Both the position numbers and the translations under genes were made by a program. A stretch of DNA of 64,000 bases from Paraspadella gotoi (lineage: Eukaryota > Animalia > Chaetognatha): contig CM119264.1 of the NCBI GenBank assembly GCA_051294375.1, positions 28,416,709-28,480,708 of the forward strand, given 5' to 3'. Positions 13,900-26,342 of the stretch are shown piece by piece. Position 1 is the first letter of the stretch, and each line of letters begins with the position of its first letter. The notes beneath the pieces were generated by a model, which ran no database searches, had not been told where the DNA came from, and saw only the letters and a program-made list of their open reading frames with translations.

Positions 13900-14820
13900 T
13901 CAGACGGGCGTCCCCGCGGCGGACGGGACGTGGACGTCGGCGAGCACTTCCTCCAAGGAGTCCGCCCTCAGCACGTGGGCGTTTCCACTCCGGTCCAACA
14001 CGTCGATGAGCTCGTCGAGGGCGTCGGGTTTGGAGATGACGTTGCGGTTACGCCACGTGATCAGCGTCATGTAGCAACGATTCACTCCGTCTTCGAAGTC
14101 GTTCTGAAGGGGATGGGGTTTCAAAGTTACGAGAGGGAAACCTAATTAATTAATTAATTGATTAACCAATTCTATAAATTCAAATTTTAATAATTTCGGT
14201 ACTGAAGGATAAATTTTTTTAAACCATTTTTATTTCTCAGGTTTAAAAATTAAATTTAACGTTACAAGCCTTCTGTCGATTCTCTTCTCTTTTTTTTTTC
14301 AAGTTAGGAAAGAATCGAAGTTCACGAATTAAAAAAATAAATATATAAACAAAAAAAAACAAACGATGGTGACATATATTCTGACCTCGATTCTCCGCAA
14401 ATCGAAATCTGAGACTTCCAACAATTTGGCGACGCCTTTGATCGTCTCTGGTCGAATGCGGAGCGCGATGTCGCGAAGACCCACGTTGCTCAGAGTACCT
14501 GCGGAGAGATGAAAGGTATATTCATTAACAAATAAAACTTAATAAACTAGCAAAGAACGATTAAACATTTCGACTTCCTCACTCGGAATGGGCGCGAGAG
14601 ATTGCGGTCGAATGAGTCGCTGATCCTGAATGAGGAGGACGATGTCCTCTCGCCCGATCTCGAACAAAGCCTCCAAGAGTTTGTCCACCGTCGCTTCAGT
14701 TTTGGAGTCGTCGGCCCACGAGTCGAGCACGCGGCGAATCGCCACCACGGGCTCGTTTCCGTGGTCTTCGAAGGCCGATTTGAGGACCTGTTTGGATTGT
14801 TGAAACTTTCGTTCTTTTTT

Positions 14821-14887
<67 letters not shown>

Positions 14888-15793
14888 CTCTTTCCATCTG
14901 TCCCTCGCCTCGTAAGAGATGTCTAGCGCCTCGGCCAAGGGTTCGATGTCCCGTCCCAAGTTGATCTCACAGATGGCGAATATCTCGCGAATCGTCTGTA
15001 AGTCCGGATTGGAGATCGGAGGGGGCGTCGGTTGGCACCGGAGCGAGGAAGTCGGCGTCGCGCTGGAGACTGGCGTGACGACGCTAGGCCTGCAAAACGG
15101 CGCCAGAATAATGAGAAGTAGGATTTGGGGAATAGAGTTAACATGGGATACGTTTTTTAGAGGGACGATGTCAGAAAGTTGGTTGAAATTTAAATCAATA
15201 ATCCTTCCATTAATCCATTAATCCTTCAATTAATCTCGTCTGTCGGAAAATGACGCGTATAAAAAATAATGAGAAAACTTTTTTAAAGTAATAACTAGTG
15301 ATAATCTTATAAAAATATAATCAGCAAATTTTTACTGCGAATAAAAACAAATTTTAGGTAGGATTCCATATTGTGCTATATGCAAATGAGCTTTATGCAC
15401 CTTTATTCTCGAACTATTCTCCGGGTGGCGAGCGACAACGACGACAGCCTCGGCGACCCACCTGGATCCTAACCCAGCGTCGGGGACCAAGTTGTTGGCG
15501 GAGGAGTTGACGGAGGAAGGCTGCGGTGAGGGGCTCTCAGAAATGGAAGGCAGGGACGACGGGCAGCTCGGGGCGGGCGGCGGAATCGGCGGCGGAGGCG
15601 GAGCCGGTCGACGAGGGAGCACGGCGGCGATGACCACTCCGTTGGGCTTCGGGGGCACGGGGGGTTTGAAGGGACGTCCGTCCGGGGCGTCGACGTCCGG
15701 CGCGGCGTGGTCCGCACCCGCGACGGGCGTTTCGAGGGGCGCCGGTTTGGACGGAGTCTCGGAGACGGCGCCGCCGACGTCGCCGTTGAGCAT
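13900..15793 (-). CDS. Pro-rich protein with two tandem death domains (about 344 aa); exons 15793-15462, 15089-14909, 14787-14583, 14498-14386, 14103-13900
   Basis: All junctions are phase-compatible. DD1: LGRDIEPLAEALDISYEVLKSAFEDHGNEPVVAIRRVLDSWADDSKTEATVDKLLEALFEIGREDIV. DD2: LSNVGLRDIALRIRPETIKGVAKLLEVSDFDLRRIENDFEDGVNRCYMTLITWRNRN...ALDELIDVLDRSGNAHV. The true start may lie upstream, since there is an acceptor-like CCAG near 15832. Confidence 0.78.
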
Positions 15794-16959
15794 CGCGTGA
15801 GACTCGGCGTCCTCCGGGTCGGGTCGACCGTCTGGATGACCGAGTGGGGGTGTTGGAAATGGAAGAAGAGTGAGGTGGCGATGAATCAGTGGAGAGTAAA
15901 TTCGGATAGCGATCGCCTTTTGTTTGTTTTTTTTAGTGCGAGGGGAGAATAACGATCTGCCTTCTTGTCGCTCATGCAGAAAATTCGAAAAAAATAATTT
16001 TTTAATTATTTCGTTAATTCTTTGGAAGTTTTCAATGTTGCAATATTTCAGTTACTAATTTCTGAGCTATTATACACTATTATATATTTAATACTAAAGA
16101 CATTTTCGTACATAAAATTGAGGATTTTTATTTTCAAATTGTATGAACCACAAGTAGGGAATAAGAAAAGGTGATGATATAGAAGGAGAGTATGTGACAG
16201 ATTAAGGTAAAGAAAGGTGAGGCTTTTGAATGCGAGTTTATAACGACGATTACGCTTCGGTAAAAAAATGGATTCTGCAAATATATCTTTTTAAAAAAAA
16301 CCGTTATCAAATAAACTAGTACGCAAGTAGATAGATGACATTTCTCAGTGTATTTCGTTAAATATTGTGCTTATGGGATGCAATAAAAAATTACGACGGT
16401 TTTCTTTTTTTTTTCCCCACATTTTGTTTTACTACTTTTTTACGTATCGTTGTTATTTTAAATTTTAATACATACCAACCGCGCGTTTCGAGATTACTTA
16501 AAAGATTTATTTCTTCACTGAACTCAACTGGCAAAAAATGTCTAACCTGGCCAAAGGCTTACACGCAATGCTGACAGTGAGAGTGATGCAGCACTATCAT
16601 TACAACATGAAGTAATAATAATAAAAATGAAAAAGAAACGCGAAAATTAATTGGATGATACACGATTACACGTCATACGGATACGATTATGATAAAGAGG
16701 AATGTCTAGGAAAATAGGACCGAAAATTTTTTTTTCATTATGTACCAGTAACGAGTGAGAAATCCATCAACAGTCTCATTTCAGGGAGGTCAGTAATATT
16801 TTTTATCCCTACAAACGAAACGTTAAAAAAGGGGTCACAATCACTTTAGTCTAGGGTTTTGATTAAAACGAAATTAAAAAAAAAAAATTAAACTTTTAAC
16901 ATTCATTCCTCGACTCATGCTGTGGGGTTTTTGGTTTATAGTGTTATATTTTAAACCTA

Positions 16960-17453
16960 CCATTTGCGAAACTTGGCCGCCAATCGCGCCCCTTGCACAT
17001 TTAATGAGTTTCTAGTGTTTGTGTGACTACTGTGGCTCGGTTGAACTTCTACCGATAAAGTGGGATCTTCTCTAGGATGTAATAGGGCCTGCATTTGTGG
17101 TGGGAGCTCCAACAGGTATTGATTCGAAGAATTGATCGATAGTGTATTGTGAATAGATGAGACGGTGCCTGGTAGGAACGCTAACGGTGATGACTGACCA
17201 GATGGCAATGCGTTGTTTCCATTCATATCTTATGTAAGTTTTAAAATAAAGCGAAAAGTTCGAAAAGTGAAAACCGCTTTGTCCCGGCGAACTGTTTTGG
17301 TTTTGTAGGAGAGTCTCGATCTGAACTTACAGTGTTCCACAGCTGCGTTGCCTCCTGTCGCTGTTCCGTTGGTCTTGTAATTAAGAACTCGCATGTCCAT
17401 CCAATATTCCTCGCCGGCTTTATCGGCAGCAGCATTAAGATAAGTTTCATCAT
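16960..17453 (-). CDS. Two phase-compatible exons of an unidentified gene (error-rich copy at about 24175-24670)
   Basis: DETYLNAAADKAGEEYWMDMRVLNYKTNGTATGGNAAVEH ends at a GTAAGT donor (phase 1). It joins after TAAG to YMNGNNALPSGQ...RLAAKFRK, which ends at a GTAGG donor. No recognisable family, and the upstream acceptor is unclear. These could be upstream exons of the death-domain gene. Confidence 0.4.
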
Positions 17454-17799
17454 TTATTTACATTTTTTATTTACTTTTTTTTTTGCATTTCTCACTTTTT
17501 CGAAATTTCTAAGTAGGTATTGAAAATTTTGTCTCCTATGAGTCAAAGAAGTGATACATAGAACTTTGAATAAGTGACACTTTGTAAGAAAAAAGTCTGT
17601 ATTTTTTAACAGAGTAACGGTAACAATCATTTTAAAATTCGACATAAAAGAATTAATTATTTTGTTAAAAATACAAAATGTTATTATCATCGCCGCAATT
17701 AGACCACAAGAATTGATAATCTTTGTAGGTAAGACACATAATCAAAACAAGAGTCGATTAATAGTCATCAAATGCAAAACCACAGAATTAATAATTGAT

Positions 17800-18526
17800 C
17801 TTTGCATCCCCTTTCATGACTCTCTCGTATTGAATTAATTATCCAACGGCAATAATTGAATTTAATAATTGTATTGAATTAATAATCCAATGGGAATAAT
17901 TAATAATCATACTCGTATCCCCTATCTTGACTCTTGTATTGAATTAATAATCCAATGGGAATAATTAATAATCATCTTCGTATACCTTATCTTGACTCTC
18001 GTATTGAAACAATAATCCAACGGGAATAATTAATAATCATCCTCATATTCCCTATCTTGACTCTTGTATTGAATTAATAATCCAACAGGAATAATTAATA
18101 ATCATCTTCGTATCCCTTATCTTGACTCTCGTATTGAATTAATAATCCAACAGGAATTATTAATAATCATCTTCGTATCCCCTATCTTGACTCTTGTATT
18201 GAATTAATAATCCAACGGGAATAATTAATAATCATCCTCGTATCCCCTATCTTGACTCTTGTATTGAATTAATAATCCAACGGGAATAATTAATAATCAT
18301 CCTCGTATCCCCTATCTTGACTCTTGTATTGAATTAATAATCCAACGGGAATAATTAATAATCATCTTCGTATCCCCTGTCTTGACTCTCGTATTAAATT
18401 AATAATCCAACAGGAATAATTAATAATCATCTTCGTATCCCCTGTCTTGACTCTCGTATTGAATTAATAATCCAACAGGAATAATTAATAATCATCTTCG
18501 TATCCCCTATCTTGACTCTCGTATTG
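17800..18526. repeat. 65-bp minisatellite, about 10 full units plus a degenerate end
   Basis: Unit GTATTGAATTAATAATCCAACGGGAATAATTAATAATCATCCTCGTATCCCCTATCTTGACTCTT, with starts at 17871, 17936, 18001 ... 18456. Confidence 0.95.
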
Positions 18527-18853
18527 ATCTTCTTGATAATAGTTCTCGTATTGACGTCGACTTTCCTCTTCCTCCAATTGGCGCTCGTATTCGTATCGAT
18601 CCTCGTCGCCGTCGCCGCAATTGTGGTCTTGATCGTAGTCGTCGTCGAAGTAATTCCCTTAAACCGAAATAATAGGTCGGCGTTGTTAATTTAATTTAAT
18701 AAGAATTTCCGAGACAAAAAATTGGATTTGTAATGTATACGCGTGATCCTTCGCATCATTAATCGTTTAGAAATGGTAAGTTTATTTTTATTGTTTTATT
18801 ATTCTAATGTCCTTGAATATGGGATTATTGGATTATACAAGGACATTAAAATA

Positions 18854-18905
<52 letters not shown>

Positions 18906-19127
18906 ACCTCCTCGCTGACTGGACTCCGACCACCGCTCATCCTCTATTTCGTCTCGATCGTCGAAATCAAACGGATTGTCGCGATCGTCTTCGAAGAGGT
19001 CGGCTTCGTCGTAGCCAAGTTCGTCGTCGGCGATTTCGTCGTCGCCATCTCCTTCTTCGCCGCCGCCTTCTCCGTCTTCGTCGCCATCTTCGTCGTCTCC
19101 GTCGTCATCGTCGTCGCCATCGTCGTC
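18485..19127 (-). CDS. Last two exons of an Asp/Glu-rich protein (19127-18908, 18657-18485)
   Basis: AAG|DDDGDDDDDG...EIADDELGYDEADLFEDDRDNPFDFDDRDEIEDERWSESSQRG|GTGAGA, then AAG|NYFDDDYDQDHNC...QYESQDRGYEDDY*. Exon lengths of 220 and 173 nt give matching phases. A degraded copy lies at about 25895-26555. Confidence 0.6.
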
Positions 19128-19245
19128 CTTCGAAAGTGAAGGCGAAATTAGGGGGTTTTAAAATTTGTTTTATGTTGCTTAGCGACATAAAACAGCATAG
19201 TCTATAGACTCGGACTCGGGTGCGTAGGAAAAGGAGGATGCGAAG

Positions 19246-19545
19246 TCAAATTAAGGATTTATTATTATATAACTTGTTCTTCAGTCGGATACTGGGTCTT
19301 GTTCTCATGAGTAAAAAGGGAAGTGACGCCAAAGATTCCTGAATTGATCGCGATGATTGTTTAATTAGGCGGACGATAATCAGTTCAAAATGACAGGGGA
19401 CAATAAGATCTTGCAGTTCGAGAAATGTAAAAATCCTGAAGACAATTGTTGGAGTGACAAAAACAGCTACATTTATATTCATCAAAAACATTTTGAGGAA
19501 AAACTTGATAAAAACCATGTGGTCCACGTCACAAATTATATTGCT
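19246..19545 (-). pseudogene. Short XK-like fragment or further exon
   Basis: VFVTPTIVFRIFTFLELQD resembles ALLTPTVFFRIFTLLELKE within the XK gene. Confidence 0.4.
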
Positions 19546-20341
19546 GAATAATTTATTACTTTGGTAAGTGTTGTAATAGGTAAAAAATATTGTTCATTTG
19601 TTCTTAGAAATGGTAGATTTATAATATAATTATATATATCTAGCATTTGAAAAACTATAGACTAAAAGAAAAGTCTCTGTAAAAATTCATCATTCTACTT
19701 TAGCATTACTAAAATTAGTAAAAAATCAATTTGCAGTGAATAAATGTGCATTGGGCAATTTAAAAGTAGGAAAAAGTGTGGGTAATTCAAAAATTTATAA
19801 TACGACTCTAAAGTATCCCTTCGTTATTGATATTTCAATATTTATTTATTTATAGATACTAGATAGGAGTCGCTAATCTTTTTAAAAACTCTTAATTTTT
19901 AAGACCAGATTCAGATTGCTTTTAAAAAATTGACCAAAAAAACCATTAAAGTTTAATATTTTGATGATAAGTGTCGCGAGTCAAAATTAGGAAATACTGT
20001 AAAAAATTATTATTGTCATCATCTTTCGATTATTTGGTCTGTTTTTTTTTTATTTTCTCTAAGAGAATATAAATTTTTTAAAGTTTTTAAAAGTGTAAAA
20101 AAATTCGATTCAACTTTTTATGCTCTATTAGGATCTATATTAAAATTTAAGTATAAATATATTTTCATAAATAGTAATATAACAATATTAAATAAGCTTG
20201 TATCTTCAGAAAAAAAACCTTTTTTTCATAATTTAGTATGCTTATGATAAATTATTTTATTTATGTACAGTTTACACATTAGCATTTAAATTCGTTCGGC
20301 TATGTAAAAATTTTACACTTCTAAACTGACAACAATAATCC

Positions 20342-22701
20342 CTAAAAAAAATTAAAAAGGATAATTATTGGTAAATAATATAAACAAAAATAAAGAATAC
20401 CGAAGTTTTTGTAAGGTTCATTTTTTATTATTGCAAGAGCTTTGTCAAGATAGAATTTGATATTTCTACGTGTGCGCATTGCCTGTTTCATCATATTAAA
20501 GTAGATCATGTATGGTGGTTCCCATGGAAACCTGGCATTTAGAGACCAATCGTAAGCTCCTGCAATGTATAGCGGGTCTTCGATTGCAAGGTACTCTTTA
20601 GCTAATTCATCATGGTCAGCTTTTCTTCTTTTTATTATTTGAACGATGAGAAAGGTCAGAAAAAGCAAAAAAAATACGCTTGTCAACGTGAACTTTACGC
20701 GTGGATTCTGCCAGAGGGAGACAAAAACAATTGTCAAAATAAAAGCGATCCACGTCACTAGAGGCGCTGATGAAATCAATAACAGAAAAAGATTCGATTC
20801 GCTCCTCGTGAAAAGATCATGGATTTGATTCAAGCAATATTCTTTTGGCAGATCTTGACCACCGCATAGAGTACGGACTTTCTCTAAATCTGGCTGGTTA
20901 CCATTGTTCACTGTCGACACCAATGGACCGGCAAAGATTCCACAAGCGATTCCACCCAATAACCAGAGAAGCCTCTTTCCTCTCGGATGAAGCGCTTTCC
21001 ACGCTCGACGACCGAATCCTTCGATGAACGACATGATAAAGACATACGACATCATGGATTTTGGAAAATGGGTCCATATCTCGAAGCTTCGATACAGAGT
21101 TTCTCTGGAGGCGAACATGGATTGGTTATCCAAATTAGCGAAACATGACACTGTTCTGCATCGAAAAAAATCTATTGGTCTCATTGATGATTCGTGAAGG
21201 AGGATAGTTAGGAGGTTGAGACCCACAATGGATAAAGAAAATGAGGTCCCCATGATAGTCATCAACATTTTTGACCATTGATTTTTCTGGATAAAATGTA
21301 ATGTGGCATAGAAAATGCCCAAAGCAACATCAATCGTTAAGTATATAAGAATTAATCTGGGGTGTGGATCGAAAAAACGGGAATTCCCAAGAATTATAAT
21401 TCTTTCTTTGATTTTATTTTCCATAGATTTCAGTCGGGAATAAGTTATGTTTATGGATCCGCACGATTTAACAAAACCTGTTAAATTTGTATGGATCCAT
21501 CTATCCGTGTTAGAGATACCTTCTGAAATAAAACAACGTTCATATCCACCTTGTCCTTGAAAGGGAACCAAGTAATAAGCTAATCTCGGTATTAGATGAT
21601 TTTCCACTTCGTTGCCTCTAATTCTGAAATATTGGTAATGTGAAACTCTTTTGTTGTCAGAAAATAGAAATGAAGCTAAGAAAATCGACCAAGATATCAT
21701 AAAAAGAAACTGTGTAAATGATGACTGTTGTCTTTGGCGATACTCAGTTCCAAACACCAAGCTGACAGCATATTCTTTAAGTTCTAGCAGTGTGAAAATC
21801 CTAAAAAAAACCGTTGGAGTGAGGAGAGCCAACCAAATCGGAGACGTCATTGCCCAAACAAAAATAAGATAGATGCCAACTGTGGCCCCAACAACTCCCT
21901 GGATCACTCCGGCCACTCCGGCAGTCGACAAAAGGCTCTCGCGGGATTTAGCGGCGAAAGAAGCCAAGCTGATAGTGGATAAGATGAATGACCCAACTGT
22001 TTCAAACTCATTAATTTCCCAACCGCAGACTCTGAGTTGAGTTCGTCCTGTTTTCATCTAAATTTAATGAGAAAACCCATAAAAGTTTTATTTTGACTTA
22101 AACGTATAAAATAGGAACATACCTTGAGCTTGTTATATACAGGTTGACATTTGCAGCGTTCCTGGCTCATAGTCCAAGTTTTATTTTCGTGAATTTCATA
22201 TAGATGGTCATGAATACTTGCACCACGCATGCATTGCTTGTTGGTGCCGCTGGTGAACTCTAACATGATGGCCGCTGCTTGAAGCATGACTTGCGGAAAT
22301 GATTCTAGCCAAAAATTAAAGAGTTCCAAAGAATTTAAAGCGCGAGATTTAATATCTAAAGTGAATCGCTCGGTTGCGGGACTGAGAGAATCGAGATACT
22401 CGTCTATCATGAAAAATACGTGGCCCACGCCAACGATTGATGCAATCGCAGTCATCAAACTCATCCAAATGTTGCCAAGGAATCGCTTGTATAGCCGCGC
22501 ATTGCTCATCAGAATGCGCACGATCCAATAAAAAGTAACTATGTTGTGGGTAGCTATGACAACGACCATTGCAAAGCCAAGATAACGCTCTGCGTAAAAA
22601 GTCCTTAGGCAAAATTGAATGACTGTTCGGAGATCAGTGAAAACATCAGCAACGTTCAAAGCAACGATGACTGACAGCGGAAAATGTTTCAGTTTATCCA
22701 T
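20342..22701 (-). CDS. XK-related (phospholipid scramblase family) multi-pass membrane protein with a long extra TM region; exons 22701-22123 and 22057-20342
   Basis: XK signatures NVADVFTDL and FWLESFPQVMLQ (ESxPQ motif), followed by ILSTISLAS. A 65-nt phase-0 GT-AG intron joins the 246-aa and 571-aa ORFs, giving about 764 aa. The 3' end may instead splice out at GTATTC near 20400. Confidence 0.75.
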
Positions 22702-25019
22702 TTTGGTGGTGAAGTTTTCAATGAATGCAAAAGAGAGAAAAGAGGAGACAGAGAGCGAGAGATTGAAAGAGAGAGCGAGGTTTAATAGCAACACGTCACC
22801 TTAACCACTAACCAGTCGTAAATATTTCCAGCATCCAATATAACTTTTTAAAATTTTAAAAATTAGCTATTCAATAAAATATTTTAAAAAAGAAACTAGA
22901 GCACATTATTTAGTAATAATAGATATCTTTTAACAATCTTATGAAAGTTATTAATATGGACATTGTGTTTGCTTTTTCAAATATTGTTTTGCGTTCTACG
23001 TTTTTGTATTGCAAAGTTGTTAAAGCAAAAATTACGCCATATTATGAAATTGGTAGAACCAATATGAAATTCTTCATTCATTTAATGAATAAGCTATCTT
23101 GCCCCAGAATTTGGACAGGCTTTGGCCTTCATCAAACTTTTTGATGTTAAAATAATAATATATGTCGTGATAGTTAAACAGATATCCTGTCAATTATATG
23201 TACATTTTTTTTGGGACTTTACCAAGTTATCCAGTGTTGCTATATTTTATCTTGAGCACCAGCTATTTCAAATTATTAATCATACTCGGCAAGGCGAAAA
23301 GTTTGACCACTGATTGCGCCGATGGCCATCACGGTTTTCGCCAACTTTGATTAAAATTTCCGTCAAGAGAGAGAGAGAGTGATAGAGAGAAGAGTCAGTC
23401 TATCAGAGAGTCTGTGGCGACTGACCAGATGGGATCCGACATCTTCAGCTATGAAATTCAATGAATAAATTATTCTTTTATTTAATAAACAAGCTATTTT
23501 GCCCCCGATTTTGTCCACTAGTCAGGCTATGGTAACTTTAGTGGGTTCAGGCTCCATCCCTCTTCTCAGTGTATTTCGTTAAATATTTGTGCTTATGGGA
23601 TGCAATAAAAAAATTACGACGGTTTTCTTTTTTTTTTCCCCACATTTTGTTTACTACTTTTTTACGTATCGTTGTTATTTTAAATTTTAATACATACCAA
23701 CCGCGCGTTTCGAGATTACTTAAAAGATTTATTTCTTCACTGAACTCAACTGGCAAAAAATGTCTAACCTGGCCAAAGGCTTACACGCAATGCTGACAGT
23801 GAGAGTGATGCAGCACTATCATTACAACATGAAGTATAATAATAAAAATGAAAAAGAAACGCGAAAATTAATTGGATGATACACGATTACACGTCATACG
23901 GATACGATTATGATAAAGAGGAATGTCTAGGAAAATAGGACGAAAATTTTTTTTTCATTATGTACCAGTAACGGTGAGAAATCCATCAACAGTCTCATTT
24001 CAGGGAGGTCAGTAATATTTTATCCCTACAAACGAAACGTTAAAAAAGGGGTCACAATCACTTTAGTCTAGGTTTGATTAAAACGAAATTAAAAAAAAAA
24101 AATTAAACTTTTAACATTCATTCCTCGACTCATGCTGTGGGTGTTTTGGTTTATGTGTTATATTTTAAAACCTACCATTTGCGAAACTTGGCCGCCAATC
24201 GCGCCCCTTGCACATTTATGAGTTTCTAGTGTTTGTGTGACTACCTGTGGCTCGGTTGAACTTCTACCGATAAAGTGGATCTTCTCTAGGATGTAATAGG
24301 GCCTGCATTTGTGGTGGGAGCTCCAACAGGTATTGATTCGAAGAATTGATCGATAGTGTATTGTGAATAGATGAGACGGTGCCTGGTAGGAACGCTAACG
24401 GTGATGGACTGACCAGATGGCAATGCGTTGTTTCCATTCATATCTTATGTAAGTTTTAAAATAAAGCGAAAAGTTCGAAAAGTGAAAACCGCTTTTGTCC
24501 CGGCGAACTGTTTTGGTTTTGTAGGAGAGTCTCGATCTGAACTTACAGTGTTCCACAGCTGCGTTGCCTCCTGTCGCTGTTCCGTTGTTCTTGTAATTAA
24601 GAACTCGCATGTCCATCCAATATTCCTCGCCGGCTTATCGGCAAGCAGCATTAAGATAAGTTTCATCATTTATTTACATTTTTTATTTACTTTTTTTTTT
24701 GCATTTCTCACTTTTCGAAATTTCTAAGTAGGTATTGAAAATTTTGTCTCCTATGAGTCAAAGAAGTGATACATAGAACTTTTGAATAAGTGACACTTTG
24801 TAAGAAAAAAGTCTGTATTTTTTAACAGAGTAACGGTAACAATCATTTTAAATTCGACATCAAAAGAATTAATTATTTTGTTAAAAATACAAAATGTATT
24901 ATCATCGCCCGCAATTAGACCACAAGAATTGATTAATCTTTGTAGGTAAGACACATAATCAAAACAAGAGTCTGATTAATAGTCATCAAATGCAAAACCA
25001 CAGAATTAATAATTGATCT

Positions 25020-25936
25020 TTGCATCCCCTTTCATGACTCTCTCGTATTGAATTAATTATCCAACGGCAATAATTGAATTTAATAATTGTATGAATTAAT
25101 AATCCAATGGGAATAATTAATAATCATACTCGTATCCCTATCTTGACTCTTGTATTGAATTAATAATCCAATGGGAATAATTAATAATCATCTTCGTATA
25201 CCTTATCTTGACTCTCGTATTGAAACAATAATCCAACGGGAATAATTAATAATCATCCTCATATTCCCTATCTTGACTCTTGTATTGAATAATAATCCAA
25301 CAGGAATAATTAATAATCATCTTCGTATCCCTTATCTTGACTCTCGTATTGAATTAATAATCCAACAGGAATTATTAATAATCATCTTCGTATCCCCTAT
25401 CTTGACCTTGTATTGAATTAATAATCCAAACGGGAATAATTAATAATCATCCTCGTATCCCCTATCTTGACTCTTGTATTGAATTAATAATCCAACGGGA
25501 ATAATTAATAATCATCCTCGTATCCCCTGTCTTGACTCTTGTATTGAATAATAATTCCAACGGGAATAATTAATAATCATCTTCGTATCCCCTATCTTGA
25601 CTCTTGTATTGAATTAATAATCCAACAGGAATAATTAATAATGATCCTCGTATCCCCTATCTTGACTCTTGTATTGAATTAATAATCCAACAGGAATAAT
25701 TAATAATCATCCTCGTATCCCCTATCTTGACTCTTGTATTGAATTAATAATCCAACGGAATAATTAATAATCATCTTCGTATCCCCTGTCTTGACTCTCG
25801 TATTAATTAATATATCCAACAGGAATAATTAATAATCATCTTCGTATCCCCTGTCTTGACTCTCGTATTGAATTAATAATCCAACAGGAATAATTAATAA
25901 TCATCTTCGTATCCCCTATCTTGACTCTCGTATTGA
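25020..25936. repeat. 65-bp minisatellite, copy 2, about 13 units
   Basis: Same unit as 17800-18526, with more copies. Confidence 0.93.
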
Positions 25937-26269
25937 TCTTCTTGATATAGTTCTCGTATTGACGTCGACTTTCCTCTTCCTCCAATTGGCGCTGTCGTAT
26001 TCGTATCGATCCTCGTCGCCGTCGCCGCAATGTGTCTTGATCGTAGTCGTCGTCGAAGTAATTCCCTTAAACCGAAATAATAGGTCCGGCGTTGTTAATT
26101 TAATTTATAAGAATTCCGAGACAAAAAATTGGATTTGTAATGTATACGCGTGATCCTTCGCATCATTAATCGTTTAGAAATGGTAAGTTTATTTTTTATT
26201 GTTTTATTATTCTAATGTCCTTGAATATGGGATTATTGGATTATACAAGGACATTAAAATACTCTCTCT

Positions 26270-26342
<73 letters not shown>

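Noticed and set aside
17800-18526. CRISPR-like array
   Set aside because: Contiguous 65-bp units with no unique spacers, no cas genes and a eukaryotic context.
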